A DNA stretch of 36,763 nt from the NCBI GenBank assembly GCA_943704425.1, contig CALSCP010000099.1, positions 78,383 to 115,145 on the forward strand, written 5' to 3'. The notes beneath the pieces were generated by a model that saw only the letters and a list, made by a program, of their open reading frames with translations, was not told the origin of the DNA and searched no databases. Positions 1 to 22,587 of the stretch are shown here, one piece after another. The DNA is from Ministeria vibrans ATCC 50519 (Eukaryota > Protista > Filasterea). The position numbers and the translations under genes were made by a program. The first letter of the stretch is position 1. Each line of letters opens with the position of its first letter.

Positions 1-531
1 GCAGCTGTTCTTCGACCGCACGACGCAGGGCATTCTCAGCGGCGACCCTTCGTGAACTTTTCGAACTTTCCTCCGCTCTCACAGAAGACTCGAGCGAGTC
101 TGCGGCGTACCTCTGTCGTTTGCATTCTCATACTCAAGACACTGTCTCGCAAGCCAGTCTCGGTGGCGCTGCCAATCGAGCATTCTACAGAGAAAGCGAG
201 AGCGGGTCAGAGCGATCCTTTGTGTTTTGGCGCCAAGTCGTGCAACGGGCGCTGGACGGGCACCAGGCGGCGGGCGCAGCTGGAAAGACACTGTGTGCGC
301 TACCTTGCGTGGGTGGGCGGGAGGGCAAGGGCGTCGTGGGCCGCAGTATCGCCGGATGCGGTTCGGCAGCGACGCGCGCCAATGGGGCATCTGAGAGCCA
401 CCTCCAGAAGCCGGTTGGCAACACTCGCGACGCTTGCGGACATTGCGTTCCGTCGTCTGTCTTTAAGTGCTGTCTTGAACGAGGGCGACAGTAAAATAAT
501 AATGAATTTAATGATAACTCATAAGTCATAA
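1..531 (+). CDS. Probable 3' end of an unidentified gene entering the window (frame unresolved)
   Basis: GC-rich coding-like sequence followed by an AT-rich tail with AATAAA (~545) converging on the transporter stop at 580. Several frames are open and no family motif was recognised. Confidence 0.25.
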   Translation, partial: AAVLRPHDAGHSQRRPFVNFSNFPPLSQKTRASLRRTSVVCILILKTLSRKPVSVALPIEHSTEKARAGQSDPLCFGAKSCNGRWTGTRRRAQLERHCVRYLAWVGGRARASWAAVSPDAVRQRRAPMGHLRATSRSRLATLATLADIAFRRLSLSAVLNEGDSKIIMNLMITHKS

Positions 532-579
532 CAGATAAAATATGAATAAAAGCTTCTGGTATGGAATCATAGATTTACA

Positions 580-3279
<2,700 letters not shown>

Positions 3280-3399
3280 GCGAAATGATTGACTGCCGAA
3301 TTTGCTATTACTTATTTGACCAATTCATAATATTTTTTTTCATATTGAATATTCAAACTCTCAATTTTGTTTTAAGAGTTGGATTTCTAACCAATTGGT

Positions 3400-4741
<1,342 letters not shown>

Positions 4742-4787
4742 CGGTGTAGAATTGAAAGAAAAAAACTTTTTTTTGTTGTTGTTTTGT

Positions 4788-10705
<5,918 letters not shown>

Positions 10706-10790
10706 TTGCAGGAAAATAATTAATTAAAATCCCAATAATTATTTATAATAATAATTATTAATGAATAACACTACTACTAATTTAATAATT

Positions 10791-10875
10791 TAAATGGGTT
10801 GTATTCTTCTTCTTCTTCTAATAATTAATACTAATAAATGGGTTGTATTCTTCTTCTTCTAATAATTAATACTAA
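10791..10875 (+). repeat. Dispersed short element, two tandem copies between MSH4 and CSN6
   Basis: taaatgggttgtattcttcttcttcttctaataattaatactaa repeated twice. Confidence 0.85.
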
Positions 10876-11009
10876 TAATAAAAATAAATAATAATCAGAT
10901 TTGAAAGAGAGGAGAGCCACAGATGGATAATTGTAATGCACTGATGCTCTGCGTTATGCATATTCATTTTTTATGTGACAGGGCGTTTCATTTTTTATAT
11001 TTTTTACTA

Positions 11010-12469
11010 TCAGTGCAAGTCAGCAACGGACATGGTGTGAATGGGATGAGATGGCATCATTTTGCGCTCGTTGACGACACTAAAGTCCTCGACAAGGCGA
11101 CGGATGTGATTGCAGCCATTGGTCATAGTTGCCATGTACGTGGTGAGCAGAACATCATTGGTCATCTGAGAGACGAAATGAGGCGCGTGTCGTTAAAAAC
11201 TTGGTTATAATCAAGAACAATCAAACTTACGGTGAGCTGCTCTTGGTCGAGCGCAGCGGGGTTGGTTGCAGCAGGCAGACGGCCAGCAAGCAGACTGGCC
11301 TCGCGCACAATGGCCTGCAGACGCTCCGTTGCGGTCACGTCGGAAGGATCCGTCGCCACTCGACCGGCTCGTACGTCCGCCAGAAACGCCGTAATGAGTG
11401 ACAGACGACTGCGTAGCATCTCAATTGCGTTGAACTGCTTTGACAAGAACTGATTGACTGCGCCCAAAAACAAAACAATTATTGTTGCATGGGCATTTTT
11501 TTTTGTTTTTTTTTTGTACCAGTCGATGTGCCTTCACTCTCTTGACCCAATTGTGTGGCAACATGATCAACAGCAATCTTTTCTCCGTCGCTTGTCTCGA
11601 TCTTGTACGCTGTCGGACTCAGAAAAACTCTAGACGAAATGTGTGAAGAGGAGTGCGTGAGCGAATACTCTACACTGTACCTGGGTAGCTCTAAGGAAGT
11701 GTCGAGGATCGTCTCGTACAGCGTCATTGGCAAGTCAGTACTAGTCGACTCGCTCTGTGGCTGCACTTGCAAATACAATGCACTCTAAATAAAAGCAAAC
11801 GTCAATAGTATAATAAATTGTTGCACTGTTCGACAACGCACTTCGTTGCACTTGAGAATCTGTTGGTGGATGGCCAGCTCGCGCGGACCAACAGCTTCGC
11901 CAGTCGAGTACCAGCCAAGCACATCGTAGTCGGGGAACACTTGGCTGAACTGTTCCTTTTTTGCGGCGTAGTACTCTCGGTCGAGTGTGTGCGACTAAGG
12001 GACAGGGGTCAGTGTGGAAGAGACACGTCGCACAAACGGCCTTGCACGCTCACCTCGTCCCCCATTTCGGCCTGGCTCCTGATCACAAGCTCATACGAGG
12101 TGAATATTTCGACTTTGCGATCCATTAGGACACCGAGAAGCGCACCGGCGGCTGCACAAAGAGTAACGGAGTGTCGAAGTGGGTCGCAAAACACAACGCA
12201 AACACAGTACCGAAAGGCTTCTCGTCTCCTGTGCGTTCGCCACGCATCATGACACGCGTGAAATGGTCCCCGACGTTGATGAGCACGAGAGGATGGATCG
12301 ACACGCTGCTATGGCCCTTTTTGAACCGTTTCTCTTCTAGCACTCCCGACACGACTGTGCCCTGTCCTTGGGCAAGAGCAGCCGCCGCAGCTGCCGCCGC
12401 CTCTGCTGCTGCTGCTGCTGCTGCATCAGTGCCCACTGCGGGAGTCCCCGTCTCAGTTGCGCTCGACAT
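11010..12469 (-). CDS. COPS6: COP9 signalosome subunit 6 (MPN- domain)
   Basis: ATG 12469; 'VSIHPLVLINVGDHFTR', 'GALLGVLMDRKVEIFTSYELVI', 'FPDYDVLGWYST', 'YKIETSDGEKIAVDHVA', 'NAIEMLRSRL', 'NDVLLTTYMATMT'; stop TGA 11010-11012. Motifs fit CSN6 better than PSMD7 or eIF3f. Confidence 0.88.
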
Positions 12470-12655
12470 ACAAAAGAAAATAAATTGAAAATAAATTAAT
12501 TATTATGACTTATTGTTCAATGAGAGTCACTTGAAAAACACAATAATAAATTGTTACTTGCTTGAGTAAATAATACGTTTTTTCGTATGTTCATTGTTCG
12601 AATGTATTGTGAGATGTGTGAATGAAATATGTGGGTGTTTTTTTATGATTATTTT

Positions 12656-13830
12656 TCAATCGTCCTTGTCCTTGGGAGCGTTTCGGTAGAGTGCAATGTA
12701 GCACAGGGCAGCAAGCATCGAGCCAGCAACGGGACCGGCAATGTACACATAGAAATCATGGAAGTTGTCCGTCACCTACAATATACAAGGTCCACACACA
12801 CATACACACAGGGTATCGTAGTATGAGGAAAGTTTTCGTACCACTGCCGGACCAAAGGAACGTGCCGGATTCATCGATGCGCCAGTGATAGGTACGCTGC
12901 ACGACAAGCAAGAGACACACAAAGGCGCGGTCAAAACGCCCTCATTTTATAATAGAGAGATCGTACCCAATCAGATGATCAACGAGCACAGTAAAGCCAA
13001 TGGCGAGGGGTGCATTGGTGCCGACCGCCCTGCCATCTTTGTCGGTACGCAGAATCACAAACACAAGCACAAAGGTGAGCATTCCTTCCATCACAATGCC
13101 GTTGGCAATCGAAACGCCAGGTCCCAACTGATGCAGACCCAAGTTGCCTTGGTCGCTGGAGGGAAAGGCAGCCTGATCAGAGACGAGGAAACGGACAGAG
13201 GAGATCAGTTCAAACGGGACGTGTCCAACTTGATCGGACCTTGAGCATCAAAGCACCCAAACAGGCTCCACACAGTTGAGCGATGACATACAAAATCCCC
13301 TTGATGATGTCGATGTAGCCACACATCACCATGGCGAGCGTCACAACTGCAACAGAACAGCAATATCAAAAAAAAAGTCCTTCCCGAGATCAAAATGCCA
13401 AAAGTGCGCTCCGGTTTCGGTTCGTTTTTTACCCGGGTTGATATGGCCACCACTGCAAAGCAAAAGGGGAGGTGGAGAGACGGGCGAGAGGGGTGAGTGC
13501 GGCCGACGGGGGGGGGTTTGTTGACATCGAATAATACCTGATGCTCGCACTGGCATAGACAAGGACGCAGATGGCCAGGCCGTGTGCCACTGCAATGCAG
13601 ATGAGGGGTGTCGCAGGCAGCATAAGCCCCGAGCTGAGGACGGCGCCGCAGCCAACGAAGACGAACAGAAAGGTCGCGAGCAGTTCCATGAAGACCGGTC
13701 GAATGTACACTCCCAGGAGACTCTCGTCCTTGCCTTGTGCCGTGCTTCCAATCCCCGACGAAGTGTTGATGGGGTCATCTAGATCGCCGTCGAGCAGAAA
13801 CGCTCTCTCATTCCGGTCGCGGTATGCCAT
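12656..13830 (-). CDS. Aquaporin (MIP family, AQP8/TIP-like)
   Basis: ATG 13830; 'ELLATFLFVFVG', 'IAVAHGLAI', 'SGGHINP|VVTLA', 'YVIAQLCGA', 'EGMLTFVLVFVI', 'PLAIGFTV', 'TGASMNPARSFGPAV', 'VYIAGPVAG'; stop at 12656-12658. Confidence 0.95.
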
Positions 13831-13905
13831 AGTACCAGTAAACAAACAATTCTATTTCGCAAAATTTTGATCTCGTGACAATTCGAAAAATGAAACTTCA
13901 AAGGT

Positions 13906-13942
13906 GAATGTTCAATGTTCAATGTTCAATGTTCATTGTTCA
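13906..13942. promoter_or_regulatory. (AATGTTC)x4-5 heptamer array in the divergent aquaporin/ZIP promoter
   Basis: gaatgttcaatgttcaatgttcaatgttcattgttc lies within a 190-bp head-to-head intergenic region. A regulatory role is only inferred from position. Confidence 0.35.
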
Positions 13943-14019
13943 GTAATCACTTATCAGTTCATTCTGTTTGTCTACTCCCTTGAAATCCTCCCCACTCTCT
14001 CATCCTCGCCTGGACACCG

Positions 14020-15191
14020 ATGGTGTCGGTGACGGAGCTGAAATGGGTACGTGCAATCCATCGTTGGACAAGTTTACCTTCTGACACTCATTCTGGCAGA
14101 TTGCCGTCGTGAGTACGCTGATTGGTGGACTCCTGGGCCTCTCTGCATTATGGTAAGCACCGAGAGACACGCGCCGCGCGACGTTTGATCTCTGACGCGC
14201 CTCATTTGTGCCCAGCATGACACGCGTCAATTCGACGTGGCGTGCACGCCTCTTTGCCATCGCCAACGCCTTCAGCGGCGGCGTCTTCTTGGGCGTTGCC
14301 CTCCTCCACATGCTGGCGGAGGCACAGGAATCGCTGGCGCAGTATGACTATCCCTGGGCCTTCTTCTCGGCGGGCGTGGCTGCCGTCGTAGTGCATGTCC
14401 TTGAGTCGACGGCGCTGCCGGCGGTCGTCAAGGCCATGTACCCGGCTACGGCGGATGCCGAGTGCGACGCAGGGGCCAAGGGCAACGGTGTGGATGGGGC
14501 TCTTGTGAACGGCGGCGACGTGCTCACGACGACGGTCACGCTGGACGAGACGGACAGATTATTATCAGCAGGTCAACGACGCTCATCGTTATCGGTGCTC
14601 AAACGCGAAAAGGAACAGCGCGCTCGACTCGTCGCCATTGTTCTACTGGTTGTCGTCAGTATTCACAGTGCGTTTGCAGGACTTGCACTGGGCGTGCAGA
14701 GCACCATGGGCAATGTGGGTGCCACCATGATCGCCATTCTCGTGCACAAAATGGTGGAGTCCTTTGCCATCTGTACCGCCTTCCTCACCACGGCCCTCTC
14801 GCTCTTCACCATCTCCATTCTCATGTGTGCCTTTTCTCTTGTTACGCCCGTCTTCATCACCATCGGCATCTGTGCGTTTCACGGCGACGACGAGTCGCTC
14901 GCCAGTGGCATCATCACGTCTGCCGCTGCCGGCAGCTTCCTCTACCTCGCCGTGCTCATCATGATGGGCGAGCACAGTCACGATGCGCCGTCGTCCCCAG
15001 GCAGAAGCAGTCAAGAGGCTAGCAGGGAGTCGCCACCAGTCGGAGAGAGCGAAGCAAAGGCAAGTGTGCGAGAGACGGAGCTCAAAGCGCACTCTCATGC
15101 GCCGCACGAGAGTGGCGCATTGGCTGCCGCGCGCATTGTTGCCATCTTTGTGGGCTATGGCGCAATGGCCGCACTGGCCATTGTTGCCTGA
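14020..15191 (+). CDS. ZIP (SLC39/ZRT-IRT) zinc/iron transporter
   Basis: ATG 14020 plus two short 5' exons; 'ANAFSGGVFLGVALLHMLAEA', TM4 'SIHSAFAGLALG', TM5 'AILVHKMVESFA', 'FSLVTPVFI', 'AAAGSFLY'. Confidence 0.93.
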
Positions 15192-15273
15192 TTTATATAA
15201 TTATAATTGTGTGTAACAAATAAAAGACGTAAATTTATTTTCAATTCTGAAAGAGTGTCATAACAATGAAAAC

Positions 15274-18200
15274 TTAAACCGACGAAGAATCTGAGGAATT
15301 ATTAGCGTATGTTGCTGTGAGAGTGCCATCGTCGAATTCGCCGATCAAAAAGAAAGGGTTTGGAAAAGAGGCATCCCATTCACCACGCTTCAACGTGGTA
15401 TTGTTGACGGTAACGCATCCTCCCTGGCCGCCTTGAAGCGTGTCACTATTACCATGCGGATGTGGCTCCTCTTTGCGTCGGCAATGCGCGCGATAGAGCC
15501 TGAAAGCACAAATCACTATTATCAGGCCGACAATCGCAGCCACAATGGCAATCGCGGCAAGAACGCCCGCGCTAGGAGTCGTGGGGGAGGCACTCTGAGC
15601 ACAGGTGGTGCCGGAGAAAGCATCAGCGCAGGTGCACAGGAAGCCTGTCGGACCCAGCGGGGAGCACTGGCCGCCATTTTCACAAGGGTAGTCCGAACAA
15701 CTTGTCCGGACAAACACCGCAAATGTCACATTGCCAACGAAGTCATAAAAGGCCTGCTTAGGCGCGTCACGCCGTCCCGAAAACACCGGTGTCTGCGGCA
15801 TCCAACGATCGGTACTTCCACTGCGCGTCGCATACACACCCGTGCCAATCGCAGGACTCGGGATGCCAACCCGTGCCATCGTGGTAGCATAGATGGAGAG
15901 GTAGGCACTGAGGCGCGTCGAGCCAGGGGGGCTCACGTTTGTTTCTGGCAGAAACACTGAGTCGGGTTCAGGACCGTAGATCATACCGAGTCGTGTGTGC
16001 GTCAAAACGGTGATGTTCTCACCAACACCACGAGGGGAGTTTGACCCGGCAATGTGGAAGCTCTGAAAACTAGAGAGGCCCTCCACGTCAACTCGCGTGC
16101 AGGGGGCACAAAGAAGACCGCAGTAATTGCTTTGGGGAGACGGGCATTCACAAAAGAAGTCATCGGCGGCGGTGAACCTTGAAGGTGGGTAAGTCTTACA
16201 CTCACCGTTGCGACACAGGTTGCTCAGGCAAGGGCTAGGCGTCTCGCAAAAGTATCCGACCCACAGAGCGGTACATGTACAATCGCCCGTGAGTGAGACA
16301 CAAGTGGCGCCATTCTGACAGTGCGACGACACACAACGATCACATGTGGGCCCTGAATAACCATCGATGCATTGGCACCGATACTGTCCGGACTGATCGA
16401 GGTCATGACAAGTACCACCAAATCCACACGGTGAGACCGAACAGCCGCTGAAAAATTCACATTGAGTGCCTGACCAGCCAGTGGGACATTGACACGTAAA
16501 GGACCCTACAGGACTGAAGGCGCGCATGCAAGTCCCCCCATTCAAGCATGGGTTCGAATCGCACGCCATGTGAATAGCCTCACACAGCTTTCCAATGTAG
16601 CCGGGCAGACACACACAACCAAAATCACCAAACTTATTGTGGCAATATCCCGCATGCTGACAAGGGCTCGACTCGCACTCGTCCACATCCAATTCACACA
16701 GAGTGCCTGAAAATTCGGCGGGGCAAACACATGCAACCTCCGACGACACGGAGCCGTTGGCGGGTGGGTTTTCTACACAGCGGCCGCCATGACGACAAGG
16801 ATTTGGGGTACACTTGTCCATGGAGTAGTCACATAGAGCGCCGGTAAAAAGAGCCGCACACGCACACACAACTTGGTCGTCCATCTGTACACATGTGCCA
16901 AACAGACATGGCGTCGATGCACACAGATCCAAAAGAGTCTCGCAATGCGCTCCGGTGTAGCCAAAGGGACACTCGCATGTGTATTCGCACACACTATCAG
17001 AGCATAAGGCGCCATTGTGGCACGGGCTCGACAAACATTCGTTGGTATTGACAGCACAGTCCACACCCTCAAAACCACATGCACAGGTGCACGTGAAGCC
17101 ACCAAGATCATTGCTGCAGGTACCGCCAGATTGACAGGGACTCGAGTCGCACTCGTTTACATCCGTTTCGCAGCGCGATCCTGAAAACCCTAGCGCGCAA
17201 AGGCAAGAAAATCCATCAATGGCGTCATTGCAAGTGGCGCCATTCTTGCATGGTGACGATGTGCACTCATCAACGTTGGTCTCACAGTGAGTGCCTACAA
17301 ATCCCACAACACAAACACACATAAATCCATTGACAGCATCGGTACAGTCGGCGCCGTTCTGGCACGGCGTCGAAGCACACTCGTCCACGTCTGACTCGCA
17401 GAGGATGCCCGTATAGCCACTGGTGCAGACACACGTAAATCCGTCGACGCTGTCGGTACATGTGGCACCAAAAGAGCACGGGCTCGACGCACACTCGTTC
17501 AACTCGGATTTACATAGAACACCGGTAAAGCCACTGGGACAGACACACAGGTAGAGACCGACACTGTCGCTACAAGTGGCGCCATTCAAACACGGGCCCG
17601 ACGCACACTCATCAACGTCGGTCTCGCAGTTGGCACCAGCAAACCCAATCGCACAAGTGCATGCAAAGCTGTCCACAGTGTCGCTGCAGATTGCACCATT
17701 GGAGCATGGGCTCGACGCGCACTCGTCCATTTCAGACCCACACTCCACTCCGGTGAACCCGCGGACACACGTACACACAAATCCATTAATGCCGTCCGTA
17801 CAGCTGGCACCATTCGTACAAGGACTCGAAGTACACTCATCCACGTTGCTCGTACAGTCGGTGCCGAGGAAGCCGCTGGCGCACACACAAGAGAAACCCA
17901 AAAGTGAATCGTGGCAAGTGGCACCATTCGAGCACGGGCTCGAAGCACACACGTCTACATCGGTCTCGCACAGCGTACCAATTGCGCCAGACGGACAGGC
18001 GCAAGTAAAACCATCAATGGTGTCCGTACATGTGCCGGTGTTCTGGCAGGGACTCGACACACACTCGTTGATATCAGTGTTGCACAAAGTGCCAAAATAT
18101 CCACCGGCGCAGATGCACGTGAATCCGTTCACATGGTCGGTGCAGGTCGCGCCATTCATGCACGGACTCGATGCACACTCGTCCATGTCCACCTCGCAGT

Positions 18201-21200
18201 TAAAGCCCAAGTATCCACTTGCGCACATGCACGAATATCGATCTACTTGGTCCATGCAGCTTGCGCCATTCGAGCATGGGCTTGAAGCACACTCGTCCAT
18301 CTCAGACTCACACAATATTCCCGTGAAACCGCTTGCACAAGTACACAGGTAGCCATTGACAGAATCGACACAAACAGCTCCATTTGAGCAAGGACTCGAC
18401 GCACACTCGTTCACATTGGTCTCACAGCTAATGCCAACATAACCGTCCCCACATACGCACACAAAGCCATCAATATCATTGAGGCATGTGGCAGTACTTA
18501 AGCACGGGCTCGAGGCGCACTCGTCCATGTCAGATTCACACTGGAGACCAGTGAAGCCAACAAGACAGTCACACGCAAAAGCATTCGGAGATTCAATGCA
18601 TGCCGCACCATTGACACAGGGTGACGAGGCGCATTCATTCATATCTGTTTCACATAAGTCACCAACAAAGCCGTTAGGACACGTACAATTGTGACCAAAC
18701 AGCGAATCACTACAGACCCCACCATTGGTGCACGGCTGCGACGCACACACGTCCAAATCAAACTGGCACATATCGCCTGCCGTGCCGCCAAGACAGTCGC
18801 ACGCAAACTCGTTGACCCCGTCCACACACGTGCCCGCATAGCGACACGGCGACGATGCGCATTCGTCCACATTGGTTTCGCACAGCACCCCCACATATCC
18901 AGGTACACAATCGCACGCAAACATATCTAGATGGTCCGTGCACGTCCCGCCAGACTGGCACGGTGAGGAATCGCACTCGTCAATCTCCACGTCACACACC
19001 GTTCCAGTGTACGCACTGCGACACGTGCAAACAAACCCGTCTACCACGTCGGTGCACGTCGCGTTGTTCTGACACGGACTCGACGCGCACTCGTTCGTGT
19101 TGGCCTCGCACCTCGCGCCAAAGTAGCCCGACGCGCACATACACGTGAAACCATCCACCTTGTCGGCGCAGGTAGCTCCATTCCAGCACGGACTCGACGC
19201 ACACTCATCAACGTCACTCTCGCACACAACACCCAGGTAGCCGGCGGCGCAGTCACACACAAAGATGCCCGTCGTGTCGTTGCACACCCCGCCATTTTGA
19301 CACGGCGACGACACGCACTTGCCAACGTCCGTTTCGCATTGTATGCCGGCATATCCGTACGGACATTCGCATGCAAACCCCTGATGACTATCGACGCAGG
19401 TGCCACCGTTGACACACGGCTGAGACGCACACACGTCCAAGTCGTACTCGCACACGTCTCCTACCGTACCGGCCAAACAATCGCACGAATACGTGTTGAC
19501 ATCATCAACACAGGTGCCTGCGTTGCGACATGGTGACGAAGCACACTCGTCCACGTTCGTTTCACACACGTCGCCCACAAACCCAGGACCACACAAGCAC
19601 GAAAAGCCATCGATTCGTGCAGTGCAAGCAGCAAAGTTTTGGCACGGCGACGAAGCACACTCGTTGATTTCCATGTCACAGAGTGTGCCGGTGTACGCAC
19701 TGCTGCAAGAGCATATGAATCCATCGATAATGTCCGCGCACGTTGCACCGTTCTGGCACGGACTTGATGCACACTCGTTCACATTAGTTTCGCAGTTGGT
19801 GCCAAAGTAGCCGGAAGCACAGATACAATCAAAGCGGTCGATATTATCAACGCAAGTCGCGCCGTTTGCACACGGACTCGAAACACAATCGTCAATATCA
19901 GATTCACACTGAATGCCCGTGAAGCCAACAACACAGAGACACTCAAAAGCGTCCAGCGAATCACTGCATGTACCACCATTTTGACACGGTGCAGACGAAC
20001 ACTTGCCGATGTCCGTTTCGCACTGTGTACCCACAAATCCGTGTCGACAAGCGCATAGAAATCCCTCGAGAGAGTCGCTGCAGACCCCACCATTGGTGCA
20101 CGGCTGCGACGCACACACGTCCAAATCAAACTGGCACATATCGCCTGCCGTGCCGCCAAGACAGTCGCACGCAAACTCGTTGACCCCGTCCACACACGTG
20201 CCCGCATAGCGACACGGCGACGATGCGCATTCGTCCACATTGGTTTCGCACAGCACCCCCACATATCCAGGTACACAATCGCACGCAAACATATCTAGAT
20301 GGTCCGTGCACGTCCCGCCAGACTGGCACGGTGAGGAATCGCACTCGTCAATCTCCACGTCACACACCGTTCCAGTGTACGCACTGCGACACGTGCAAAC
20401 AAACCCGTCTACCACGTCGGTGCACGTCGCGTTGTTCTGACACGGACTCGACGCGCACTCGTTCGTGTTGGCCTCGCACCTCGCGCCAAAGTAGCCCGAC
20501 GCGCACATACACGTGAAACCATCCACCTTGTCGGCGCAGGTAGCTCCATTCCAGCACGGACTCGACGCACACTCATCAACGTCACTCTCGCACACAACAC
20601 CCAGGTAGCCGGCGGCGCAGTCACACACAAAGATGCCCGTCGTGTCGTTGCACACCCCGCCATTTTGACACGGCGACGACACGCACTTGCCAACGTCCGT
20701 TTCGCATTGTATGCCGGCATATCCGTACGGACATTTGCATGCAAACCCCTGATGACTATCGACGCAGGTGCCACCGTTGACACACGGCTGAGACGCACAC
20801 ACGTCCAAGTCGTACTGGCACACGTCTCCTACCGTACCGGCCAAACAATCGCACGAATACGTGTTGACATCATCAACACAGGTGCCTGCGTTGCGACATG
20901 GTGACGAAGCACACTCGTCCACGTTCGTTTCACACACGTCGCCCACAAACCCAGGACGNNNNNNNNNNNNNNNNNNNNNNNNNNNNNNNNNNNNNNNNNN
21001 NNNNNNNNNNNNNNNNNNNNNNNNNNNNNNNNNNNNNNNNNNNNNNNNNNNNNNNNATCGCACGAATACGTGTTGACATCATCAACACAGGTGCCTGCGT
21101 TGCGACATGGTGACGAAGCACACTCGTCCACGTTCGTTTCACACACGTCGCCCACAAACCCAGGACGACACGAGCAGTAGAATCCGTCAAGATGATCGGA

Positions 21201-22556
21201 GCACGTGCCATTAAACTGGCACGGCGACGAATCACACTCGTTGATTTCCATGTCACAGAGTGTGCCGGTGTACGCACTGCTGCAAGAGCATATGAATCCA
21301 TCGATAATGTCCGTGCACGTTGCACCGTTCTGGCACGGACTCGACACGCACTCGCTCACATCTGCTTCGCAGTTGGTGCCAAAGTAGCCGGAAGCACAGA
21401 TACAATCAAAGCGGTCGATATTATCAACGCAAGTCGCGCCGTTTGCACACGGGCTTGACAAACATTCGTCCACTTCCGACTCACACTGGATGCCCGTATA
21501 ACCAAAAGCACAGCGGCACACAAAAGCATCCTGCAAATCAATGCATGCCGCACCATTCTGGCATGGCGACGATATACACTTGCCAACGTCCGTTTCGCAA
21601 TGTATGCCAACAAATCCATGAGGACAGTCGCATGTGAAACCTTGCTTGGAGTCAACGCAAGTAGCGCCGTTGACGCATGGACTCGAAATGCACACGTCCA
21701 AATCAAACTGACACCAAATCCCGGCCGTTCCAGCGAGACAATCACAATGGAACTCATCGAAGCCATCAACACACGTTGCGGCGTTCCGGCACGGCGATGA
21801 TTCACACTCGTCAATGTTTGTCTCACATTGCAGACCGACAACTCCAAGGCGACACGCACATGTAAAACGGTCAAAATGGTCCGTGCATGTGCCGCCAAAT
21901 TGACATGGTGACGAGTCGCACTCGTTGATTTCTATGTCACACACAGTACCGGTGTAGGCACTGTGACAGAGGCAGATAAATCCATCAATGACGTCGATGC
22001 ACTGGGCGCCGTGCTGGCAAGGGATTGAAGCACATTCGTTCACGTCCGCCTCGCAGCTGATGCCAAAGTAACCCGAGGCGCAGGTACACATGAATCCATT
22101 TGCTTGATCGACACACGTCGCACCATTCCAGCACGGACTCGACGCACACTCATCAATGTTGGTTCCGCACATAATTCCTTCAAATCCTGCCGCACATACG
22201 CAAGCAAACACATCGCGTCCATGAATGCATGTGGCACCGTTTGCGCACGGTGACGAAGCGCACTCATCCACGTCCAACTCGCAGTAGATCCCCTCGTCAC
22301 CAGCGTGACACGCACATAAAAACCCATTGAGCTGGTCGATACAAGTGCTGCCTTGCTGGCATGGCGACGATTCGCACTCGTAAATTTCGATGCTACAACA
22401 CAGTCAAATGTCCATGTTACTTGCCGAACACTCCCAGAAACACTTATTTACCAAGAGGTGGCGGCAGCCTGTAAGTTGTATCGGCCTGCAGGGCAGGCGG
22501 TGCAGGAGGAGCTTGAAGCTAAGGAAGCGTACTAACCCCCCCCAAAAAAAACAAAA

Positions 22557-22587
<31 letters not shown>

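Noticed and set aside
13906-13920. Heat-shock element (GAAnnTTC)
   Set aside because: Only one GAAnnTTC dyad is present; the rest has 7-bp rather than the alternating 5-bp periodicity.
15433-22327. Numerous antisense and alternate-frame ORFs over the EGF arrays (also 32001-33585 and 34516-36722)
   Set aside because: They are shadow ORFs of GC-rich, repetitive coding sequence with no independent motifs.
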